11,045 nucleotides of DNA, taken from positions 1 through 11,045 of the forward strand of contig CAWGRW010000007.1 in the NCBI GenBank assembly GCA_963825135.1, given 5' to 3'. A program made the translations under genes and the position numbers. The stretch comes from an uncultured bacterium. Its GTDB lineage: Bacteria > Desulfobacterota_D > UBA1144 > Nemesobacterales > UBA2774. Below, piece after piece: positions 1 through 6,146 of this stretch; the first letter of the stretch is position 1; each line of letters opens with the position of its first letter. The notes beneath the pieces were generated by a model. That model was not told where the DNA came from. It did no database searches and saw nothing but the letters and a program-made list of their open reading frames with translations.

Positions 1-95
1 GCTTCCGCCCGCGGCGCCCGCATTGTTCAAAGGCGCTATTACTATAGAAAACACGGCTAAGAATATGATTAAAGGAATGAAAAATATCTTATTCG

Positions 96-153
96 CCCTC
101 ATCTAACCCTTGCCTCCTCTTGATTGGATAAGATTTTATTATGAGAGGGGGAA
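96..153. repeat. BoxC/REP-like pyrimidine-tract/purine-tract hairpin element (copy A)
   Basis: CCCTCATCTAACCCT leader, then CCTCCTCTT (113-121) able to pair with GAGAGGGGG (143-151, two G-U pairs), followed by AA. Same layout as the element at 3557-3682 and as enterobacterial BoxC-type repeats (recalled, not searched). Confidence 0.35.
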
Positions 154-271
154 TATTACAAATTGGCTCGATGTCCGAGGCGCAGGGGATGGAATCACGT
201 GGCATTGAGTATGAGTAGCCGCCTTCGCTGAATTTGCGCTAATTAAAAAGCCCCGATAAGTTTCTAAAACC

Positions 272-919
272 ATGAAGCGGATGCTGAGAGGGCTCTATGT
301 GATAACGGATAAGAAGCTCATTTCACGGGACATCTTCGTGGCGGCTGTGGAAAAAGCCGTTCGAGGGGGGGCGAGTGTCGTTCAGCTCAGGGAAAAAGAC
401 ACGCCTGAGGACGAGATCGTGAGCCTCGGCAAAGCGCTCCTCAAGGTGACCGGAAAATACGGAGTCCCATTAATAATTAATGATTCGGTAGAGTTGGCAA
501 TGGAGATAGGGGCCGACGGGGTGCATCTCGGTGAGGATGATTCGGATGTTCGTCACGCTAGAGAAGCGCTCGGGGAGGGCAAGATTATAGGAGTCTCCTG
601 CTACGGGAGGCTCGAAAGAGGGCTCGACGCCGAGCGGGACGGGGCTGATTACGTCGCCTTCGGGACCCCGTTCTTCACTCCAACTAAGCCGGAAAGGACC
701 CCCACTTCGTTCGATGTCCTGAGGGAGGCGGTTTCAAGGATAAAAAGTATTCCGGTATTCGCGATAGGTGGAATTACGCCGGCAAACGCCGATTCGGTCT
801 TCGAAACGGGCGTCGACGGCATCGCTGTCATCACCGCCGTTTTCGGCTCGGGAGATCCGGAGATGGCCGCACGGGAGCTTGCCTCAATCGCTGATAGATA
901 TTTGAAAAAGAGAGATTAA
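272..919 (+). CDS. thiE: thiamine-phosphate synthase
   Basis: 215-aa ORF with ThiE motifs LYVITD, VQLREK, LIIND, GADGVHLGEDD, IIGVSC, ADYVAFG, TPTK and AIGGIT. Confidence 0.96.
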   Translation: MKRMLRGLYVITDKKLISRDIFVAAVEKAVRGGASVVQLREKDTPEDEIVSLGKALLKVTGKYGVPLIINDSVELAMEIGADGVHLGEDDSDVRHAREALGEGKIIGVSCYGRLERGLDAERDGADYVAFGTPFFTPTKPERTPTSFDVLREAVSRIKSIPVFAIGGITPANADSVFETGVDGIAVITAVFGSGDPEMAARELASIADRYLKKRD

Positions 920-934
920 CTTCCGAGAGACTAC

Positions 935-3421
935 CTAAACTACTATATTTACAATCTTTTTGGGGACTACGAAAACCTTTCTGGGCTCTTTTCCGGCAAG
1001 ATAGCCCCTGACCTTTTCGTCGGCGAACGCGGCCTCTTTCATCGCTTCGTCGCTTACGTCCGCGTCCATCGAGAGCTGGGCCCTCACCTTCCCGTTCACC
1101 TGAACGACCACGGTGATCGCGGCTCCGGCCACGAGCTCTCTATTCCACTCGAGCCAGGGCTCATCGACGAGCAACCCCTCATATCCGAGCTCATTCCAGA
1201 GCTCCTCCGACACGTGGGGAGCTATCGGGTAAAGGAGCCTCACCATGGCCTCGACCGACTCTCTCACCACCTTTACATCCTCGTCGCAGGCGGGGTCGAA
1301 GCGGGACGTATCGTTAAGAAGCTCCATGACGGCGGCGATAGCAGTATTGAACTGAAATTTTTCAAGGTCGTCCGTAACCTTCTTTATAGTCTTATGCACC
1401 TTGGTCAGAAGGTCCCTGCCGGAGACGGATATCTTACTCGCGTCCGGGGCTTTGCCCTTGAGGCTTTCGATTGCAGGGAACCTGTCGGAGACGAGGCGCC
1501 AGAGCCTGTTTAAAAACCTGAACGCCCCTTCTATCCCCTCGTCGCTCCAGTCGAGGTCCTTCTGCACGGGGGCGGCGAAGAGCATGAAGAGCCTCACCGT
1601 GTCGGCCCCGTATTTCTTTATCATGTCGTCCGGGTCTACGATGTTGCCGACGGACTTCGACATCTTGGCCCCGTCCTTTATGACCATCCCCTGCGTGAGG
1701 AGGTTAGTGAAGGGCTCGTCGAGAGCGCACATGCCCAAGTCCCGGAGCACCTTCGTGTAGAACCTCGCGTAGAGCAGATGCAGTATCGCGTGCTCTATAC
1801 CGCCGATGTACCTGTCCACGGGGAGCCAGTACCCGACCTCCTTTTTATCGAACATGCCTTCGCCGTAATGAGGGGACGCGTACCTGAGGAAGTACCAGGA
1901 GGACTCGACGAACGTGTCCATGGTGTCTGTCTCGCGCTTCGCCTTGCCGCCGCACTTGGGGCAGACGGTGTTGACGAAGCTCTTGGCCTTAGCCAACGGC
2001 GACCCGCCCTTACCCGTGAATTTTATGTCGAGCGGAAGCTCTACGGGGAGGTCTTCGTCGGGAACGGGGACTACTCCGCACTTATCGCAATAGACGATCG
2101 GAATTGGCGCGCCCCAGTAACGTTGGCGCGAAATGCCCCAGTCCCTGAGCCTGTAATTGACCCTTCTTTTGCCTATACCTTTTTCCTCTACATATTCTAT
2201 AACCTTCTCTTTCCCTTCTTCCGAAGGGAGGCCCGTGAACTGCCCTGAATTCGTCATAACTCCGGGGTCTTCGTATGCCTCCGTCATATCTTCCGCACGG
2301 AGCTTAGTCCCTTCGGGTTCTATCACGGGAACGATAGGAAGCCCGTACTCCCTTGCGAACTCGAAGTCCCTCTGGTCGTGAGCGGGGACGCACATGATTA
2401 TTCCGGTCCCGTACTCGACGAGCACGAAGTTGGCTATGTATATCGGGACGCGCAGACCGTTGAAAGGGTTTATGGCGAAAGCTCCCGTGAAGACGCCTTC
2501 TTTCTTCGCTCCTTCCGCTATCCGTTCGAGGCTGCTCTGTTTCGTGACTCGTTTTATGAACTTGAGCGCTTCCTTTTCCTGAGACTTCCCTTTTATCAAC
2601 TCAGCCGCGAGCGGGTGCTCGGGCGCGATGCTCATATACGTGACGCCGAATACGGTGTCGGGGCGCGTCGTGAATATGCTGAGACCGCTCTCACCGCCAA
2701 CGGTTTCTTCGAGTGGAAAATCTATTTCGGCGCCGGTGGACTTCCCGATCCAGTTCTTCTGCATGGCGAGGACCCTTTCGGGCCAGCCTTCTTTCAGCTT
2801 TTCGGTCCATTCGAGGAGCTCCTCGGTATATTCCGTGGTCTTGAAAAACCACCCGTCCATCACCTTTAATTCCACTGTGGAACCGCAGCGCCAGCAGAGC
2901 CCGTCCTCCACCTGCTCGTTCGCGAGCACGGTCTCGCACGACGGGCACCAGTTGACGGTCGTCGATCTCCGGTAGGCGAGCCCCTTCGCGTACATACGGG
3001 TGAATACCATCTGCTCCCATTTATAATAGGTAGGGTCGCAGGTGGCGATCTCTCTCGACCAGTCGTAGCTGAACCCGAGCTGTTTTAACTGCGCCTTCAT
3101 CTGCACGATGTTGTCGTAGGTCCACACGGCGGGGTGCACACCCCGGGCGATAGCAGCGTTCTCGGCGGGGAGCCCGAACGCGTCCCACCCGATAGGATGG
3201 AGCACGTTATACCCGCGCGTACGCTTATACCGGGCGACGACGTCGCCTATGGTGTAGTTCCTGACGTGGCCCATGTGTATGCGGCCCGAGGGGTAAGGGA
3301 ACATCTCGAGCACGTAGTACTTCTCCCTCCGCTTCTCCGCCCGGACCTCGTACATTTTCCTCGCGTCCCATATGTCCCGCCACTTTTTTTCTATTTCTTC
3401 CGGTTTATAACTCTCTTTCAT
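935..3421 (-). CDS. leuS: leucyl-tRNA synthetase
   Basis: 828-aa ORF with MFPYPSG-x2-HMGH (HIGH motif), GWDAFGLPAENAA, FTTRPDT and GTG..VPAHDQRD editing-domain motifs, DWGISRQRYWG, KMSKS and C-terminal VQVNGKVR. Confidence 0.99.
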   Translation of the reverse strand: MKESYKPEEIEKKWRDIWDARKMYEVRAEKRREKYYVLEMFPYPSGRIHMGHVRNYTIGDVVARYKRTRGYNVLHPIGWDAFGLPAENAAIARGVHPAVWTYDNIVQMKAQLKQLGFSYDWSREIATCDPTYYKWEQMVFTRMYAKGLAYRRSTTVNWCPSCETVLANEQVEDGLCWRCGSTVELKVMDGWFFKTTEYTEELLEWTEKLKEGWPERVLAMQKNWIGKSTGAEIDFPLEETVGGESGLSIFTTRPDTVFGVTYMSIAPEHPLAAELIKGKSQEKEALKFIKRVTKQSSLERIAEGAKKEGVFTGAFAINPFNGLRVPIYIANFVLVEYGTGIIMCVPAHDQRDFEFAREYGLPIVPVIEPEGTKLRAEDMTEAYEDPGVMTNSGQFTGLPSEEGKEKVIEYVEEKGIGKRRVNYRLRDWGISRQRYWGAPIPIVYCDKCGVVPVPDEDLPVELPLDIKFTGKGGSPLAKAKSFVNTVCPKCGGKAKRETDTMDTFVESSWYFLRYASPHYGEGMFDKKEVGYWLPVDRYIGGIEHAILHLLYARFYTKVLRDLGMCALDEPFTNLLTQGMVIKDGAKMSKSVGNIVDPDDMIKKYGADTVRLFMLFAAPVQKDLDWSDEGIEGAFRFLNRLWRLVSDRFPAIESLKGKAPDASKISVSGRDLLTKVHKTIKKVTDDLEKFQFNTAIAAVMELLNDTSRFDPACDEDVKVVRESVEAMVRLLYPIAPHVSEELWNELGYEGLLVDEPWLEWNRELVAGAAITVVVQVNGKVRAQLSMDADVSDEAMKEAAFADEKVRGYLAGKEPRKVFVVPKKIVNIVV

Positions 3422-3556
3422 AGCGTGCTCTCAGGCTCCGGCCGTTTATAATAAGGATAGAAATATTTACCATAACCGGAGGCATAGGACAAAGAATACG
3501 TATATTTCCGGGATATGGATTTTTCGGCATAAACCGTGTTTTATTATATTAATGTA

Positions 3557-3682
3557 CCCCCTCACCCTGACCCTCTTTGGTTTGGGCAGCATTGAGCCGG
3601 GAGTTAAGGTGCTTCAGAGCCTTTGTTATAGGGCGTCCGACTGCGCGCTCGCTTGCAGCCGTTCCACAGAGGGGAGAGGGAA
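3557..3682. repeat. BoxC/REP-like element (copy B), apparently interrupted by an ~87-nt insert
   Basis: CCCCCTCACCCTGACCCTCT (3557-3576) and CCACAGAGGGGAGAGGGAA (3664-3682). CCCTCT 3571-3576 is complementary to AGAGGG 3675-3680. Confidence 0.4.
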
Positions 3683-3705
3683 GTTAGAGAAAGAAGGATT
3701 CTGAT

Positions 3706-4500
3706 ATGAGCCGTGAATCAGAGCTGAAAGGGATCATCGAGGACTTGAAGAGGCGTCTCGAATTTGAGAAATCCATGGGAGTCGCGAGGGCGCCAGTGGA
3801 AAAAAAGGCCGGGGAAGAGACCATCCCGAAGGCTCCCGGGAAAGAGACGCAACCAAAAGCTCAGACATCACCTGAAAAAAAGGACGACGCTATAAGAATA
3901 GAAGAGCAGATCGGCATATTCGACGCCTCCGCCAAGAAGATGACGCTCGAAGAGATAAGGGCGGAGATAGGGGACTGCACCCGGTGCAAGCTCCACGAGG
4001 GGAGGACGAATTTGGTGTTCGGGGAAGGGAACCCGAAGGCGAGGCTCGTATTCGTGGGGGAGGGGCCGGGGAGGGACGAGGACCTGCAGGGACGTCCGTT
4101 CGTGGGGAGGTCGGGACAGCTCCTCACCAAGATAATAGAGGCTATGGGGTTAAAGAGGGAGGACGTATATATATGCAACGTGGTGAAGTGCCGCCCGCCC
4201 GAGAACAGGACTCCAGAGCCCGACGAGATGGCGACCTGCGAGCAGTTCCTCTTCAAGCAGATTAGGTCGATAGAGCCCGGGGTCGTAGTGTGCCTAGGGA
4301 GCACGGCCGCGCAGTCCATACTTAAAACGAAACAGAGCCTCGGGAGCCTCAGGGGGAAGTTCCATCAATACGGAAGGGCGAAACTTATGGTAACTTATCA
4401 TCCTGCGGCCCTTCTCAGGAACCCGAATTTCAAGAAGCCGCTCTGGGAAGATATGCAGGTAGTGATGAAAGAGCTTGGAATCTCAAAACCGGGCGATTAG
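3706..4500 (+). CDS. udg: uracil-DNA glycosylase family 4 (Fe-S cluster type)
   Basis: 264-aa ORF with CTRCKLH, VFGEG, FVGEGPG, GRPFVGRSG, NVVKCRPPENR and YHPAALLR. AAGGA RBS-like sequence upstream. Low-complexity N-terminal extension. Confidence 0.94.
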   Translation: MSRESELKGIIEDLKRRLEFEKSMGVARAPVEKKAGEETIPKAPGKETQPKAQTSPEKKDDAIRIEEQIGIFDASAKKMTLEEIRAEIGDCTRCKLHEGRTNLVFGEGNPKARLVFVGEGPGRDEDLQGRPFVGRSGQLLTKIIEAMGLKREDVYICNVVKCRPPENRTPEPDEMATCEQFLFKQIRSIEPGVVVCLGSTAAQSILKTKQSLGSLRGKFHQYGRAKLMVTYHPAALLRNPNFKKPLWEDMQVVMKELGISKPGD

Positions 4501-4563
4501 CTCAGTGGATAGAGCGCAGGCCTCCGAAGCCTGAGGCCGGGGGTTCGAGTCCCCCATCGCCCG
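4491..4563 (+). tRNA. tRNA-Arg(CCG); CCA end not encoded (followed by CAA)
   Basis: Full cloverleaf: acceptor GGGCGAT/ATCGCCC; D arm GCTC-AGTGGATA-GAGC with the A20 arginine identity base; anticodon stem CAGGC/GCCTG with loop CTCCGAA (CCG at 4524-4526); T arm GGGGG-TTCGAGT-CCCCC; discriminator G4563. Confidence 0.97.
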
Positions 4564-4677
4564 CAATAAAATAAACTATGATAAGTATAGATTAAACCAA
4601 TATACAGAAGTTGGATTTAGTATGTAGATCGTGCGTAGTGTCCAAACAGGGGTGGCTCATTACGATGGAGAAGTGAC

Positions 4678-5163
4678 ATGATGAAGCAAGCAAAGAACAC
4701 GATTTGCCTTTGGTACAATGGCGACGCCGAAGAGGCGGCGCGTTTTTACGCCGAGACCTTCCCCGATTCATCTGTTGGCGCGGTACTCCGCGCACCGGGA
4801 GATTTTCCGTCGGGGGTGCAAGGGGACGTGTTGACGGTCGAGTTTACCGTTATGGGGATTCCTTGCCTCGGGCTCAATGGCGGACCCGCATTCAAGCACA
4901 ACGAAGCGTTCTCATTTCAGGTCGCAACTGTTGACCAAGCCGAAACGGATCGTTACTGGAACGCGATAGTAGGCAACGGTGGCGAGGAGAGTGCGTGCGG
5001 CTGGTGCAAGGACAAATGGGGATTGTCCTGGCAGATCACGCCGATTGCTCTCATCAAAGCGATAACCAATCCCGATCGCGATGCCGCCAAGCGCGCATTC
5101 GATGCGATGATGCAGATGAAAAAGATCGACATTGCTGCAATCGAGGCGGCGCGCCGCGGTTGA
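4678..5163 (+). CDS. VOC/glyoxalase-superfamily protein (PhnB-like, '3-demethylubiquinone-9 3-methyltransferase' family)
   Basis: 161 aa with ICLWY..DAEEAARFY, VLTVEFT, LNGGP.F...EAFSF, CGWCKDKWGLSWQI and AMMQMKKIDIA. GGAG RBS at 4667-4670. Start could also be 4681. Confidence 0.9.
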   Translation: MMKQAKNTICLWYNGDAEEAARFYAETFPDSSVGAVLRAPGDFPSGVQGDVLTVEFTVMGIPCLGLNGGPAFKHNEAFSFQVATVDQAETDRYWNAIVGNGGEESACGWCKDKWGLSWQITPIALIKAITNPDRDAAKRAFDAMMQMKKIDIAAIEAARRG

Positions 5164-5169
5164 GGTTGC
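5155..5169 (+). repeat. 15-nt cassette-end motif CGCGGTTGAGGTTGC, copy 1
   Basis: Identical to 6064-6078. Lies immediately 5' of the tRNA fragment, is absent from the intact tRNA, and contains the VOC stop codon. Confidence 0.9.
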
Positions 5170-5216
5170 GCCTCCGAAGCCTGAGGCCGGGGGTTCGAAT
5201 CCCTCATCGCCTGCCA
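5170..5216 (+). repeat. tRNA-Arg 3'-half direct repeat (att-like site) 1
   Basis: 47 nt GCCTCCGAAGCCTGAGGCCGGGGGTTCGAATCCCTCATCGCCTGCCA. Matches the tRNA from 4520 onward with three substitutions and ends in CCA. Confidence 0.95.
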
Positions 5217-5276
5217 AATACCGCCGATTGTGCGGCATGACGCGATATCACCGTCGATTCTGTTTTGCGCTAGCGC

Positions 5277-5305
5277 TTGATAGCGGCGATGGTACCCGTT
5301 ATCCT
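5277..5305 (+). promoter_or_regulatory. putative sigma70-type promoter for a leaderless TIR transcript
   Basis: TTGATA (5277-5282), 17 nt, TATCCT (5300-5305), 7 nt, then ATG 5313. No Shine-Dalgarno sequence before the ATG. Confidence 0.5.
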
Positions 5306-5312
5306 CGACCAC

Positions 5313-6011
5313 ATGGCTAGATGCACAGCACCAGTACATGGCCATCGCACAGCGAGCGGTCGCAGCGGCCTGCCCTGCATGTGGTGGCCGCTATCGCGGC
5401 TACGGGTCAGCTACTGGTCGTACTCGTCCCCGTCCTACTCCTCGTCGGGGAGCAGCGGGGGCGGCCGGAGCAGCGGCGGCGGGTCCGGCAGCAGCGCAAG
5501 GCCGCGCTGGTCGCGAGCCGGTTCGTCCGTGGTGTACACGCCTGCCGAGGTGCGGGCACTCACGCCGGTCCGCGAAAGCGTCGAGAAGCGAGCGCCCCTG
5601 CCTGACCTTCGGGACGTCTTTCTCTGCCACGCGTGGGACGACCGGAAAGGGGCCGCCAAGGAGCTGCACGATCTGCTCGAGTCACGCGGTGTCTCGGTCT
5701 GGTTCAGCGAGAAGGACGTCGCCCTCGGCACGCCGTTGCTCCGCGAAATCGACAAGGGACTGGCGAAGTCGCGAGTCGGGATCGTGCTGGTGACCCCTGC
5801 GCTGCTGCGCCGCCTCCAAGGAGAGGGCATCGCCGACAAAGAGCTTTCGGCACTCCTCGCGCGTGACCTGCTCGTTCCCATCGTGCACGACACGACGTAT
5901 GAAGCTCTCCGCGAAGTCAGCCCCCTGCTCGGCTCGCGAAGCGGCCTGAGCACTGCAGAAGAGCCGATGGCAAACGTCGCGGCCAAGCTCGCCGAGCTGG
6001 TCGCCCTCTAG
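5313..6011 (+). CDS. TIR-domain protein with N-terminal Cys/His segment and Ser/Gly-rich linker
   Basis: C-terminal half has TIR motifs DVFLCHAWDD, VSVWFSE, EIDKGLAKSRVGIVLVTP, DKEL (putative catalytic Glu) and LVPIVH. ATG 5313 (232 aa) preferred over TTG 5277, which coincides with the predicted -35 box. Confidence 0.88.
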   Translation: MARCTAPVHGHRTASGRSGLPCMWWPLSRLRVSYWSYSSPSYSSSGSSGGGRSSGGGSGSSARPRWSRAGSSVVYTPAEVRALTPVRESVEKRAPLPDLRDVFLCHAWDDRKGAAKELHDLLESRGVSVWFSEKDVALGTPLLREIDKGLAKSRVGIVLVTPALLRRLQGEGIADKELSALLARDLLVPIVHDTTYEALREVSPLLGSRSGLSTAEEPMANVAAKLAELVAL

Positions 6012-6063
6012 CTCTATTGTCAGGGTGGCCGGCCCGACGTCGCACAAGCGGTCAAGGCGCCGG

Positions 6064-6078
6064 CGCGGTTGAGGTTGC
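6064..6078 (+). repeat. 15-nt cassette-end motif CGCGGTTGAGGTTGC, copy 2
   Basis: Identical to 5155-5169 and again directly abuts the tRNA fragment. Confidence 0.9.
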
Positions 6079-6125
6079 GCCTCCGAAGCCTGAGGCCGGG
6101 GGTTCGAGTCCCCCATCGCCCGCCA
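6079..6125 (+). repeat. tRNA-Arg 3'-half direct repeat (att-like site) 2
   Basis: 47 nt: identical to tRNA 4520-4563, then CCA. Confidence 0.95.
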
Positions 6126-6146
6126 TTGTTTACTCAATATTTAAAA

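Noticed and set aside
1..23. Possible start of a minus-strand gene running off the left edge (CAT at 21-23)
   Set aside because: Only seven codons visible and no clear RBS, so it cannot be supported.
155..271. TPP riboswitch upstream of thiE
   Set aside because: The conserved CTGAGA and ACCTGA core motifs are not present.
1214..3451. Several ORFs overlapping leuS
   Set aside because: Shadow ORFs of a GC-rich, well-supported gene, with no recognisable motifs.
5155..6125. Additional functional tRNA genes or a classical integron attC array
   Set aside because: The fragments lack the 5' acceptor strand, D arm and most of the 5' anticodon stem. No RYYYAAC...GTTRRRY attC hairpins and no intI were recognised.
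4912..6137. Minus-strand ORFs 4912-5238, 4953-5345, 5400-5669, 5435-5986 and 5682-6137
   Set aside because: Antisense shadows of the VOC and TIR genes and tRNA repeats. The shared DSNPRPQASEAQPQPRR peptide is just the translated repeat.
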